64,000 bases of DNA from an uncultured delta proteobacterium. GTDB lineage: Bacteria; Desulfobacterota; Desulfobacteria; Desulfobacterales; QNYZ01. The notes below the pieces were generated by a model that made no database searches, was not told the origin of the DNA, and saw only the letters and a list, made by a program, of their open reading frames with translations. The stretch is taken from positions 512,001-576,000 of the forward strand of contig CAWJQU010000005.1 of assembly GCA_963845145.1 (NCBI GenBank). The letters run 5' to 3'. Made by a program: the position numbers and the translations under genes. Positions within the stretch are counted from its first letter, which is position 1; every line of letters starts with the position of its first letter. Below, one piece after another: positions 19,989-30,897 of this stretch.

Positions 19989-21457
19989 GGAGATCAGACA
20001 AGGTGGTAAAGATCGCAATGATTTTGATGGTCCTGTGCTGTACTTTTTCTACGAATATAGAAGCAAGGGATTTTGGAAAAATATCGCGTTTGGACCAAAA
20101 CTGGGAACTGTACTGGCATAAACTTTTAGATCCGGCTGACTTTCAGGATAAAGAAATCATCTTTGACAAAAAGCATACCTTTCCTTTCTTTTGGAAAGAT
20201 ATTGAAATAGATGGTAAAGCCCTACCTTCGAACGGTTTTTTAACGCTCAGGAAAGTGATTCAAGTTCCGGAATCGCTCATTGGCAAACCATTTGCGCTTC
20301 GTGTTCCCGAAATGTTTAGTGCTTATAAACTGTTCGTAAACGGCGATATAAAAGCAACCAATGGCGTCGTTAGTGATGACCCCAAAACTTTTCGGCCGGA
20401 ATGGAACCCGCAAACCATCACCTTCAAGGTCAACGGTAAGAAAATCGAACTTGTTCTTCAAATCGCTAACTTCTCTTATAAATTAGGAGGGAGCTGGCGC
20501 AATATTGAGTTTGGTTTAGCTGAAAATATAATCAGCAGAACGCATTTTATCATATTTATGGAAGTCTTTTTATTTGCATCGGTTTTAACCATGGGGCTTT
20601 ACCATATAGGGCTTTTTTTAAAACGAAGACAATCGCTTTCATCTCTTTATTTTTCATTATTATGTATAACCGTTGCCCTTCGATCAATGGTTTCCGGTGA
20701 AATACTTATTTATTATTTTTTCAATCCAGGCTGGGAAGTTTTATTAAAATTGAACTTCATTACCGTCGCCTTGATGTCACCATTGTTTATAAAATTCCAA
20801 CATTATCTTTTTCCCGGTTGTTCTAATCAGCGAATCGTCAACGGAGCTATCAGTATTGGCTTGTTGTTTACTTTTTTCATCATTATTTTTCCGGCCAAAA
20901 TACATAGCTTGTTTCTTGATTTGTATCAATTTGCGGGTCTACTTGGCGGGGTCTACATCATCTTTGTTTTTGTGAGGGCCATGATAAGGAAAAAGAGTGG
21001 TGCTTTAATCGGTTTTCTTGCATTTTTAGCCCTTTTTCTTGCCGGACTAAATGATATACTTGCCGTGAAAAATGTGATTAATACGGAGCAGATGCTTCCC
21101 ATGGGCTTAATTGTTTTTTTTGTCGCCCAGTCTTTCATGCTGGCCCAAAAATTCAGCAGCGCTTTGAATAGGGAAGAATTTCTTTCCCATGAACTTGAGG
21201 ATCTAAATAAAAAGCTGGAAGAAAAAGTTGAAGAGCGAACGATTGAATTAAAACTTGCGATAACTGAAATAAAGCAATTAAACGGCTTATTGCCCATGTG
21301 TGCAAAATGTAAAAAAATTCGAGATGACAAGGGGTATTGGAATCAAATTGAGGAGTATCTTTCAGCGCATTCCGATGCGGTTTTTTCCCACAGCATGTGC
21401 CCTCACTGTATCAAGGAGTTGTATCCTGAACTTATGGGTAAAATGGAGATTGGATAG
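19985..21457 (+). CDS. 7TM-DISM receptor with C-terminal Cys-rich domain
   Basis: Extracellular beta domain (WELYW, SAYKLFVNG), 7 TM helices, coiled coil, then LPMCAKCKKIRDDKGYW...HSMCPHC. Confidence 0.8.
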   Translation: MRRSDKVVKIAMILMVLCCTFSTNIEARDFGKISRLDQNWELYWHKLLDPADFQDKEIIFDKKHTFPFFWKDIEIDGKALPSNGFLTLRKVIQVPESLIGKPFALRVPEMFSAYKLFVNGDIKATNGVVSDDPKTFRPEWNPQTITFKVNGKKIELVLQIANFSYKLGGSWRNIEFGLAENIISRTHFIIFMEVFLFASVLTMGLYHIGLFLKRRQSLSSLYFSLLCITVALRSMVSGEILIYYFFNPGWEVLLKLNFITVALMSPLFIKFQHYLFPGCSNQRIVNGAISIGLLFTFFIIIFPAKIHSLFLDLYQFAGLLGGVYIIFVFVRAMIRKKSGALIGFLAFLALFLAGLNDILAVKNVINTEQMLPMGLIVFFVAQSFMLAQKFSSALNREEFLSHELEDLNKKLEEKVEERTIELKLAITEIKQLNGLLPMCAKCKKIRDDKGYWNQIEEYLSAHSDAVFSHSMCPHCIKELYPELMGKMEIG

Positions 21458-21500
21458 ATTTATAAATAGGCAGTCCCCACCATTTTTTCTTCTTTTCGGT

Positions 21501-23453
21501 TCACAGCCATATTGATGGGTCCGGGTGCGATGGCTTCGGTTTGGTTGAAGCGGTGCTTATTGCACGATCTAATTTAGAGCTAAGACGGGGAGATTCTCCC
21601 TTGGATTTATGCTGCCGTGTAGAAACCCGGCCCCCTACAAACGACACAAGCTTATCAACCATAGTTTTCATCTGTTTGGCCTGCGCGTTTAGCTTTTTTG
21701 CGGCGGACGCAGAATTTTCAGCATTTTCTGCGTTGTTTTGGGTCACTTTATCCATCTCCATGACGGCTTGAGTGACTTGAGTGATTCCCTGGGATTGTTC
21801 TTTGGATGACCCAGCAATCTCAGCCACCAGTTCACTCACACGTTTAGCACTTCCTTCTACTTGATTGAATTCGGTATTGGTTTGGGAGACGATCACGGCA
21901 CCTTTTTTAACGGTGTCCAGGGTACCATTTATCATTTCAGAGGAGTTCCTGGCTGCGTCAGCCGCGCGAATCGCCAGATTACGGACTTCATCGGCCACCA
22001 CGGCAAACCCGGACCCGGCTTCACCCGCGCGGGCGGCCTCTACGGCAGCGTTTAATGCCAATAGGTTGGTTTGAAATGCAATTTCATCGATCGTTTTGAT
22101 TATTTTTGAAGTCTCCTCACTTGAACTTGAGATAGCGTCCATGGAAATGGTCATTTCGTTCATGGCATGGTTGGCGCTTTTTATCGAGTGTATGGCGTCT
22201 TGCATGAGTTGATCGGCTTGGCCGGCTGCATCCGCATTCTGTTGGGTCATGGCGGCCATCTGTTCCAATGAGGCTGAAGTCTCCTCAATGGAAGCCGCTT
22301 GCTCGGAAGTGCCGTCGGCCAGTGATTGGCTGGTGGAAAAAGTCTGCTGAGAAGCCGATGCCACATCTAAGACACTAAGTCCCATCTGGGAGGATACTGA
22401 TTTTAACATTCGAATAATGCCACGAGAAATGATGATCGATAATGTTAATCCCAGAAATAATGTGATCGCACAAATACCGATAATGCTGATGCGGGTCGTA
22501 TTGGCTTTATCAAGCAGAACCTGGGCGGTTGTGATATTTTGTTGCGCCTCTTTGCGGATCTGCTTAAACAGTTGTTGTACCTCACTGAGCGCCGGTACGG
22601 TTTCGTAAGCGTAAATGGCTTGGGCATCTTCTTGTAATTCGGTTAACCCGTCATGCCAATCTCGAACGGCATCCAAGGCTGAAATCATATTTTGGGCGTG
22701 ACCTTGGGTGTGGGTTTGAAAATAATCAACGGCCATCGCCTTGGTTTCCGCCTTAAGCTTGTGAATTAACGTATCAACGCTTGCATGAAATGAGCTGTGG
22801 GTGGATTTCAAAGTGTTGATTAAGACCGAAAAACCGCTATTTTTCTCACCTATTTTCCCAGTTTCGGGTGAATTGATCCATTTGCCGAATACACACTTTT
22901 TAGGATCGCGCTCGAATTTGATATCTGAATTTTCCGTATCGTATAACCCATCTTTAATGCGGTCCATGGCATTTAAATGATGGGACTTTAGCTCACGCAA
23001 AAACCAGCCTAAGCGATGGTCTACGGAGTGGTATACAGATCCAATTTCCAATGCTGAGTGGTGCAGCGTGCGATGGGGTGTTTCAATCTTTTTAAACAGT
23101 GGCCCCAGTGTGGGAACCAATTGTTCAGCTTTTTGTCGTTGTTCACCATACAACCATTTACCAAAATCGCATTTGTGGTCATCTGTCTGAACATCCAAAT
23201 CAATAATCTCATCATTCATAATAAATGAGGTCAGCTTCTTGACCCAATTGAGGTGGTCGATCTCTTTTTCAACCAAAGTTTGATCAAGCTGATTTCCTGA
23301 AATCACGACCTTAGCGCTGTCCACGATAGATCCAATACCGATAAAGCTCCATATTGCCAAAAGTGAGCATAAAGCAATAATAATTCCAAAGCCCCCGGTT
23401 ATTTTTTTACCAATGGTCAAACGCTTAATCGTCGTCATCACTTTCCTCTTCAT
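21501..23453 (-). CDS. Methyl-accepting chemotaxis protein with two CZB-like domains
   Basis: [36 protein letters not shown] and a second CVFGKW..HSSFH. Confidence 0.92.
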   Translation of the reverse strand: MKRKVMTTIKRLTIGKKITGGFGIIIALCSLLAIWSFIGIGSIVDSAKVVISGNQLDQTLVEKEIDHLNWVKKLTSFIMNDEIIDLDVQTDDHKCDFGKWLYGEQRQKAEQLVPTLGPLFKKIETPHRTLHHSALEIGSVYHSVDHRLGWFLRELKSHHLNAMDRIKDGLYDTENSDIKFERDPKKCVFGKWINSPETGKIGEKNSGFSVLINTLKSTHSSFHASVDTLIHKLKAETKAMAVDYFQTHTQGHAQNMISALDAVRDWHDGLTELQEDAQAIYAYETVPALSEVQQLFKQIRKEAQQNITTAQVLLDKANTTRISIIGICAITLFLGLTLSIIISRGIIRMLKSVSSQMGLSVLDVASASQQTFSTSQSLADGTSEQAASIEETSASLEQMAAMTQQNADAAGQADQLMQDAIHSIKSANHAMNEMTISMDAISSSSEETSKIIKTIDEIAFQTNLLALNAAVEAARAGEAGSGFAVVADEVRNLAIRAADAARNSSEMINGTLDTVKKGAVIVSQTNTEFNQVEGSAKRVSELVAEIAGSSKEQSQGITQVTQAVMEMDKVTQNNAENAENSASAAKKLNAQAKQMKTMVDKLVSFVGGRVSTRQHKSKGESPRLSSKLDRAISTASTKPKPSHPDPSIWL

Positions 23454-23542
23454 TTTCTTTTTAGGACGAAATCTGATTTCACATCATTGTGTCTTCGGTT
23501 TTTCCAAGCAGGAAGGAATTGCCATATAATGATACATTGCCT

Positions 23543-23570
23543 ATATCGGCCAAAAAATACGATTACTTTA
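23543..23570 (-). promoter_or_regulatory. Sigma-28 (FliA)-like promoter of the chemoreceptor gene
   Basis: TAAAG-N15-GCCGATAT on the minus strand. Confidence 0.6.
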
Positions 23571-23761
23571 GCTTTAGAGACAATCTATATAAAAAAATGG
23601 GTCGATGATGTCTTGGTAGGAAAGAATAAGATTGATTCGACTGTCGAAATTTGCCATAGGAACGGGAAACAATATAAAATATTTTTTCAGCGATTCTCTT
23701 GCTGCTTGGTAATGGGTTTTATGAACCATGACTGTTAGAGGATACTCTACAGGACAATAAA

Positions 23762-24610
23762 ATGAGTGAATTTTGGCATTGGTGGCAGACGCTGCCACAG
23801 CATATCTCTCCGGTATTATTTGAAATCGGCCCACTAAAGATTCAATATTACGGTTTGATGTATCTAGTGGCTTTTACCATCACCTATCTATTGGTCATTT
23901 ATCGATTGAAAAAGGAAGACAGCCACACGCTCTCTTCAGATCAAGTTCAATCCCTTTTCACCGCCATGATCATCGGTTTATTGGTGGGTGCGCGACTGGG
24001 GTATGTTCTTTTTTATAATCTCTCTTATTACTTACGTCACCCCCTGGAGATTATTCTTCCTTTTGATTTTTCCAATGGGGTCACCTTTACCGGCATTGCG
24101 GGCATGTCTTTCCATGGGGGCCTGATCGGAACCATCGTGGCTTTCTGGCTTTATGTTCGTAAGGCCAAAAAGGGCTTTTTTCAGACGGCCGACCTGATCG
24201 TTCCGGCTATTCCATTGGGCTATACCTTTGGCCGCATCGGCAATTTTATAAACGGGGAGCTCTATGGGCGCGTGACCCAAAAACCCTGGGGAATGTTCTT
24301 TCCCACGGCGCCAACCCATGCCCTGCGGCATCCGTCTCAGCTCTATGAGGCGTTTTTTGAAGGCATCTTCCTCTTCGCCGTGCTTTGGACCCTGCGAAAG
24401 CGTGTGCATATATCAGGCGCCATGTTGGCCCTGTACCTGATCGGGTATGGGCTGGCCCGTTTTATCATCGAATATTTCCGGCAACCCGATGATCACCTGG
24501 GTTTTGTTTTGCTGCAATTTTCCATGGGGCAAATTCTTTGTGCCCTGATGGTCGCCATAGGCTTGATCATGCTGGTTTATTTGAAAGGGCACCAGATATC
24601 AGACAGATAG
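23762..24610 (+). CDS. lgt: Prolipoprotein diacylglyceryl transferase
   Basis: GARLGYV, GMSFHGG, GRIGNFINGELYGR and HPSQLYE. Confidence 0.97.
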   Translation: MSEFWHWWQTLPQHISPVLFEIGPLKIQYYGLMYLVAFTITYLLVIYRLKKEDSHTLSSDQVQSLFTAMIIGLLVGARLGYVLFYNLSYYLRHPLEIILPFDFSNGVTFTGIAGMSFHGGLIGTIVAFWLYVRKAKKGFFQTADLIVPAIPLGYTFGRIGNFINGELYGRVTQKPWGMFFPTAPTHALRHPSQLYEAFFEGIFLFAVLWTLRKRVHISGAMLALYLIGYGLARFIIEYFRQPDDHLGFVLLQFSMGQILCALMVAIGLIMLVYLKGHQISDR

Positions 24611-24674
24611 CATTGTATGCGCCAGCCACTATCTTGTGGTTTATCGATAAAAATGGATAGAGTGAACCGATACA

Positions 24675-24716
24675 GGCGGGGTCACACCGGTTCGAACTAC
24701 CCGGAGTGACACCGCC
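24675..24716. terminator. Hairpin between convergent lgt and glnA
   Basis: Imperfect inverted repeat GGCGGGGTCACACCGG ... CCGGAGTGACACCGCC. Confidence 0.5.
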
Positions 24717-24742
24717 GGCCATTTATTTAGATAGGCTCACAC

Positions 24743-26155
24743 CTAAATATCGTAGTAAAGAAAAAACTCATGGGGATGGGGTCTTAGTTTAACAGGGTTG
24801 ACCTCATTTTCGGTTTTATAATCAACCCACATATCCAATGCATCCCGGGTGAAGACATCCCCTTTTAGCAAGAATTCGTGGTCGTCCTTTAAAGCCTGAA
24901 GCGCTTCATCCAATGAACCCGGAGCCGTGGGGATCTCCGCCAGCTCTTCCGGCGGCAACCCGTAGATGTCCTTATCAAGCGGATCACCGGGATCAATCTT
25001 TTTTTCGATGCCATCCAACACGGCCATCAGAATCGCCGAAAATGCCAGATAACCATTGCAGGAGGGGTCCGGTGTGCGGAACTCGATCCGTTTGGCCTTG
25101 GGAGACATGGAGTACATGGGTATTCGAACAGCGGCGCTACGGTTACGGCTCGAATAGGCCAGGTTCACCGGGGCTTCAAAGCCCGGGACCAGACGCTTAT
25201 ACGAATTGGTCGTCGGATTGCTAAACGCGCACAACGCTCGGCAGTGGGTAAGTATCCCCCCGATGGCCCAGAGCGCCTCCTGGGAAATACCGGCATATTT
25301 ATCGCCGGCAAACAGGGGCTGCCCCTCCTTCCAGATACTGACATGGGTATGCATGCCGGTTCCGTTATCCTCAAACAGCGGTTTGGGCATAAAGGTAACT
25401 GTGTGTCCGTTTTGATAAGCGCAGTTTTTAAGAACATATTTAAACCACATCAACTGATCGGCCATCTCTAACAGGGGTTTAAAGCGCATATCGATCTCGG
25501 ATTGTCCGGCGGTGGCGACCTCATGATGCTGGGCCTCTATCTCAATACCTAAGTTTTCGAGGGTAATTAGCATCTCGGAGCGCAGATCCTGAAATTTATC
25601 CATGGGCGGCACAGGATAATAGCCCCCTTTGTGGCGCGGCTTGTACCCAAGGTTCGGCCCCTCGTCGCGGGCCGTATTCCAGGCGCCTTCGATGGAATCG
25701 ATCTCGTAAAAGGCGCCCCGTCGGGTCGATTCGAAACGAATATCATCAAAGATAAAAAATTCTGCCTCCGGACCGATGAAGGCCACATCGCCGATACCGG
25801 TGGTTTTCAGATAGTTCTCCGCTTTTTTGGCAATATGCCTTGGATCGCGGGAATAGGGCTCACGGGTGATCGGGTCCATGATATCGCCGATAAGAACCAA
25901 GGTGGGTGCTTTGAAAAAAGGATCCATCTTGGCAGTGGCCGCATCGGGAACCACCAGCATATCGCTGGCGTGAATTGGTTGCCATCCTCGGATACTCGAT
26001 GCATCAAAGCCAAAGCCGTCCTCAAAGCTTGCCTCATCCAACTCACCTATGGGGACGCTGAAGTGTTGCCACACGCCCGGAAAATCGATAAATCGAATAT
26101 CCACCACACGTACATCGTTCTCTTTTGCCAGTTTTAATGCATCTGCCGGTGTCAT
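24743..26155 (-). CDS. glnA: Glutamine synthetase type I
   Basis: [29 protein letters not shown], and the adenylylation-site region DKDIY. Confidence 0.98.
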   Translation of the reverse strand: MTPADALKLAKENDVRVVDIRFIDFPGVWQHFSVPIGELDEASFEDGFGFDASSIRGWQPIHASDMLVVPDAATAKMDPFFKAPTLVLIGDIMDPITREPYSRDPRHIAKKAENYLKTTGIGDVAFIGPEAEFFIFDDIRFESTRRGAFYEIDSIEGAWNTARDEGPNLGYKPRHKGGYYPVPPMDKFQDLRSEMLITLENLGIEIEAQHHEVATAGQSEIDMRFKPLLEMADQLMWFKYVLKNCAYQNGHTVTFMPKPLFEDNGTGMHTHVSIWKEGQPLFAGDKYAGISQEALWAIGGILTHCRALCAFSNPTTNSYKRLVPGFEAPVNLAYSSRNRSAAVRIPMYSMSPKAKRIEFRTPDPSCNGYLAFSAILMAVLDGIEKKIDPGDPLDKDIYGLPPEELAEIPTAPGSLDEALQALKDDHEFLLKGDVFTRDALDMWVDYKTENEVNPVKLRPHPHEFFLYYDI

Positions 26156-26243
26156 AGTCGGTATCCCCTTTCATTAAAATTAGTTTTTTATTGATGATCT
26201 AAACCAAAACGGTTTTAGCTCATGCCAAAAGTGTTACGGACGC

Positions 26244-26585
<342 letters not shown>

Positions 26586-26642
26586 CTATCTCCTCCTCGG
26601 ATTAAATGGGTCAAAAGTGGGTTCAATGCATTTTATAATGAT

Positions 26643-27938
26643 TTATGATATTTCAAAAGCCCTTTCACCGTGGATCGCACTATCGAGACCTTCGATCTCG
26701 TTTTCAGCCGTCACGCGGATACCCCGGGTAATAGCTTTGGTCGCCGCCAGGACACACAAAGTACCTATGGCGGTGAAGAGCGCCGTGGCGATAATTGAAA
26801 CGAATTGTATCCAAACCTGCTTCGGATTGCCGTAAAAAAGCCCGGCAGCCCCCTGCGTGATTCTCGGATCGGCGAAAAAGCCGGTAGCCAAAGCGCCCCA
26901 GATACCGCAAATGCCATGGACACCGAAAGCATCCAAAGAATCGTCATAACCGGCTTTTTTCTTCAAAAAAGTCACACCATAGAACCCGAGAATACCGGCA
27001 CCAACGCCAATGATCAACGCCCCCGAAAGATTGACGAATCCCGCTGCTGGGGTTATAGCCACCAGTCCGGCGACAACCCCGGACGCAATTCCCAGGACGG
27101 TTGGCTTTTGGCTTGTTCTCCATTCGACCAGCATCCAGGTCAGGGCCCCCACGGCAGCCGATGTATTGGTCACCAGAAAAGCCGAACTTGCGACCCCGTC
27201 AGCAGCCAGTTGACTACCCGCGTTAAAGCCGAACCAACCGAACCATAAAAGGGCTGCCCCCAAAGCTGTAAGGGAAATACTCGATGGAAACATGGCCTCC
27301 TTACCATATCCGATCCGTTTGCCCAGCGTCAGACAAAGGACCAAACCTGCCACTCCGGCGTTGATATGGACCACGTTCCCGCCGGCGAAGTCGAGGGCGC
27401 CCATGTCTCCCATCCAACCGCCCCCCCAGACCCAGTGAGCAATCGGGCAATACACTACGGTGACCCATAAAATCGTGAAGACAATCCAAGCGGAAAATTT
27501 CATTCGATCCACAATGGACCCAAGCACCAAGGCCACGGTGATGGCGGCGAAGGTCATCTGAAAGAGCGCGAAAATTAGCGTCGGAATGGTACCGGAAAGG
27601 TCATTTACACCAATCCCGGCCATAAACAGATAATCCAGTCCCCCAATGATGCCAGCCTTATCCGTTCCAAAAGCGAGGCTATACCCCCACATTACCCAAA
27701 TCACACTGGCCAGACAATATGCGGTAAACGTCATCGCGAAAGTATTCAGCAAATTTTTATATCTGGACATACCCCCGTAAAACAATGCCAATCCGGCAGG
27801 GGTCATCATCATCACCAATGCGGTGGATACGATCATCCAGGAAGTGTCACCTGAATTCAGGGCGCTCTCTTCGGCAAAAGCCCTTGAAAGGGGCAAGAGA
27901 GAAAAGCCAAGCGTTAATGTTTTTGTTTTTAGTCTCAT
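26643..27938 (-). CDS. amtB: Ammonium transporter
   Basis: FQMTFA, DFAGGNVVH, WFGWFGFNAGS and DDSLDAFGVH. Confidence 0.97.
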   Translation of the reverse strand: MRLKTKTLTLGFSLLPLSRAFAEESALNSGDTSWMIVSTALVMMMTPAGLALFYGGMSRYKNLLNTFAMTFTAYCLASVIWVMWGYSLAFGTDKAGIIGGLDYLFMAGIGVNDLSGTIPTLIFALFQMTFAAITVALVLGSIVDRMKFSAWIVFTILWVTVVYCPIAHWVWGGGWMGDMGALDFAGGNVVHINAGVAGLVLCLTLGKRIGYGKEAMFPSSISLTALGAALLWFGWFGFNAGSQLAADGVASSAFLVTNTSAAVGALTWMLVEWRTSQKPTVLGIASGVVAGLVAITPAAGFVNLSGALIIGVGAGILGFYGVTFLKKKAGYDDSLDAFGVHGICGIWGALATGFFADPRITQGAAGLFYGNPKQVWIQFVSIIATALFTAIGTLCVLAATKAITRGIRVTAENEIEGLDSAIHGERAFEIS

Positions 27939-27967
27939 TTTGGTTTAGTCCTCGTCACTTTTAATGG

Positions 27968-30607
27968 TTATATTGAATCACCGGCGCTAACCAGAGACCT
28001 GATCAGCGCTTGCTTAATGGTTGTTTCCGTCTTTGGTGTGTCAATCTTATTGCCGTTAAGATCGCGAACGTAAAAGATATCAACGACCTGATCAACATTG
28101 GTAGCGATTTTGGCCACCCAGATATCCAGCCGGCACCGAAAGAGAGCGTCTGTCACCTTGAACAAAAGTCCGGGGAAATCATTGGCAAATATTTCGATGA
28201 TGGTAAAGTAACTCGAAGTCGAATTATCGATTCTGACACACGGTGCGTTTACGTCTCCGGGAATTCGTTCAGCTTGATATACGGCCAACTTCTTCTTTAT
28301 AGCCGGGTGTAAATCGAGCTGATCAGCTAAAGCCAACTCAAAATCGCGGCCGGTTTTTTCCCATTGGTCTTTTTCAAAAATAGGATCGGGCGGGGCGGTG
28401 ACCTCGAAAATATCCAGAGCGATATTGTTGCGCCAGGTGTAAATTTGGGCATTCAAAATGTCGATGCGGTTTAGGGTGAACACCCCGGCGATTTTAGAGA
28501 AAAGCCCCGGCCGATCATGGGTACATATAGTTATCGTACGGGTATCTTTGGTTGCCGCCGATGCAATTTCCCAAACATAAGGTTGTCGGCCCAGGGTTTG
28601 GTATAAATCGATGTGCGCTAACATGGCCTTCGCTGGTATATAGTGAAGGTATCGTGGAGACATCGCTCCAAATATGGCTTCAATATCGCGATGGTTGGTA
28701 TCGGCGGACGCGGTAGAAAACACCTTCGCCTTTTTTCTTTCAAGGACCCGCTCCGCCTGCCCTGACGCCAGCTCCCCTTTTTCGAGCATGTTGGCTGTTT
28801 TTAAAAACAGGTCTTGCAGCAAAGCCGCCGTCCATCCATTCCAGGCTTTGGGGCCGGTGGCCACCGAGTCAGCGACACTCAATAGATATAGCATCTTGAG
28901 ACGCGGGAGCGTCTTGATATGACGGGCACAGAAAATGGCCGTTTCTTCATCCTGAATATCGCGTCGTAAGGCGGCGTGGACGAGGAAAAGATGCTCCCGG
29001 ATGAGAAAAGAGACCGTATTCACACTTTTGGGGGGCATCCCCCTTCGTGTCAACAGATCATGCGCGATGACAGCCCCCTTCTCGGCGTGATGCCCCCCGG
29101 CCGGATGGCCCTTGGCCACATCATGGAGCAAGGCTGCCCAGCACAATAGCTTTTTGGCGGTGGTTTCTTTGTAAAGGTTGGCGCATAGCCGACATTCGGC
29201 GGTATCCTCAGGGGTCCCGAAACTTTTTAATGCGCGCACCACTCGCAGGGAATGCCGGTCTACCGGGTAAATATGGTAGGCGTTGTAAAGAATGCGATTA
29301 TGGATATGTTTAAACTCGGGTAAAAATTTGATTAAAATCCCGGTATCCAGCATCTCGTTCAGCACATTGAATCGAACCGACGGCGTAACTAAAATACGCT
29401 CGAAGGCCTCAATCACTGCAGGCGAACGCCTGAAGGGTGTATTCACCAAATGTAAAAAATCCATAACGAGTCGTCTGGCCTCAGGGGTCAGGGGGCGACT
29501 CGAGCGGGCACTTTCAAGAAAAATCCGAATTAACAGGTGTGGATCGGCCACGATGTCTTTCGCGGAGCGAAAATTGAGCATCTCTTTTTGAACCACGAGC
29601 CCCGAATGTTTCGGCTGCTTTCCCGCGCCACTGAGCCGGCTGGCGGACCTATTGTGGTCATGTTCGTATAAGAACATCTCCCCCAAATATTTCAGCCAAG
29701 CCATTTTACTGTGAAGTTTGCCTAAAAATCGCTCCACCGGTTGCTGGCCATTCCCTGCAGTAAAGCCAGTGCTATGAGACAGCTTTTCCTGGTATTCGAA
29801 ATAGAGCTGATCGCACTTTCGGCCTGCCAAAAGGTGCAGGTCGTTGCGCACGCGCCAGATAAATCTCAGCGCGTCTTCGAGCAGCCTGAATTCATTGTGT
29901 GATAGGCAACCGAGATACTCCAGATCCCGGCGGGTTTTGACACCCTTGGTAACCCGGGCGATCCATAAAAGAGTATGATAATCTCTTAATCCCCCATGCC
30001 CTTCTTTCAAGTTGGGTTGCAAAAGATTGGCAGAGTCACCGAAACGTTTATGGCGGCGGCGGTTGATCGCCACCAGCTCGGAAACGACCCGGTCGGCACG
30101 TTTGGCCAAAAGGCGACCCCGTAAGGTTGTTTCCAATTGAGTGAAAAGGGGTGCCATTCCGCAGATAAAGCGGGCATCCAGCATGGCCGTGAGATTTTCC
30201 AGGTCCGCTTCGGCCTCATCGATGCAATCATTTAACGAGCGGGTGGCGTGCCCCACATCGATGCCAAGATCCCAAAGGGGGAAAAGGATCTCTTCCACCA
30301 AATCGGCAGCGATTTTAGGGACGCGCTTATCAAATAAAAAAAGCAGATCGATATCGGAATGCAGACATTGCTCCTGGCGACCATAACCACCGAGGGCAAC
30401 AATAGCCCAGGGGTTGCGTGTGGGTTTAATTTTTGGGCCCACAATGCTGCCCGCATATTGCTCCTGAAAATAGTTGTCAAATACCCGCGCATGGGCAAGG
30501 ATAAAATCGGATGATTGTCCGTCGGATAAGGCCTCAATCAGGGCCTGACGTTTTTCCCGAAGTTTTATATTTACCGTATTCATATTTCGTATGGTGTTCC
30601 GGCTCAT
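27968..30607 (-). CDS. glnD: PII uridylyltransferase/uridylyl-removing enzyme
   Basis: ALGGYGR..HSDIDL, HD domain (LLHDVAKG) and two ACT domains. Confidence 0.96.
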   Translation of the reverse strand: MSRNTIRNMNTVNIKLREKRQALIEALSDGQSSDFILAHARVFDNYFQEQYAGSIVGPKIKPTRNPWAIVALGGYGRQEQCLHSDIDLLFLFDKRVPKIAADLVEEILFPLWDLGIDVGHATRSLNDCIDEAEADLENLTAMLDARFICGMAPLFTQLETTLRGRLLAKRADRVVSELVAINRRRHKRFGDSANLLQPNLKEGHGGLRDYHTLLWIARVTKGVKTRRDLEYLGCLSHNEFRLLEDALRFIWRVRNDLHLLAGRKCDQLYFEYQEKLSHSTGFTAGNGQQPVERFLGKLHSKMAWLKYLGEMFLYEHDHNRSASRLSGAGKQPKHSGLVVQKEMLNFRSAKDIVADPHLLIRIFLESARSSRPLTPEARRLVMDFLHLVNTPFRRSPAVIEAFERILVTPSVRFNVLNEMLDTGILIKFLPEFKHIHNRILYNAYHIYPVDRHSLRVVRALKSFGTPEDTAECRLCANLYKETTAKKLLCWAALLHDVAKGHPAGGHHAEKGAVIAHDLLTRRGMPPKSVNTVSFLIREHLFLVHAALRRDIQDEETAIFCARHIKTLPRLKMLYLLSVADSVATGPKAWNGWTAALLQDLFLKTANMLEKGELASGQAERVLERKKAKVFSTASADTNHRDIEAIFGAMSPRYLHYIPAKAMLAHIDLYQTLGRQPYVWEIASAATKDTRTITICTHDRPGLFSKIAGVFTLNRIDILNAQIYTWRNNIALDIFEVTAPPDPIFEKDQWEKTGRDFELALADQLDLHPAIKKKLAVYQAERIPGDVNAPCVRIDNSTSSYFTIIEIFANDFPGLLFKVTDALFRCRLDIWVAKIATNVDQVVDIFYVRDLNGNKIDTPKTETTIKQALIRSLVSAGDSI

Positions 30608-30655
30608 CTCTTTTTGCTGACCTTTCGGTGAATGACAATAGCTATCTAATAACTA

Positions 30656-30671
30656 TCCAAGATGTGTGCCA
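30656..30671 (-). promoter_or_regulatory. Sigma-54-like promoter upstream of glnD
   Basis: TGGCACACATCTTGGA: good -24 element, GG instead of GC at -12; AT-rich imperfect palindromes at about 30750-30795. Confidence 0.5.
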
Positions 30672-30897
30672 TTGGGTGTATAATTATTATTTTTCTTTTT
30701 AATACAGATAGATAAGTAGAACCAGAGATTTCATTTGGCCTAACCAAAATGAACATTTTTGTATATTTTGCCTTCTTTATATAACAAAATTGTATAGATT
30801 GTGATTTTTTTCGCTTCTTACAAATTTGGTAAAAACTTATCCCTTAGAAATCTATAAATAGCCACAAAAATTCAGACTGGACATTAAACGAAAAGCT

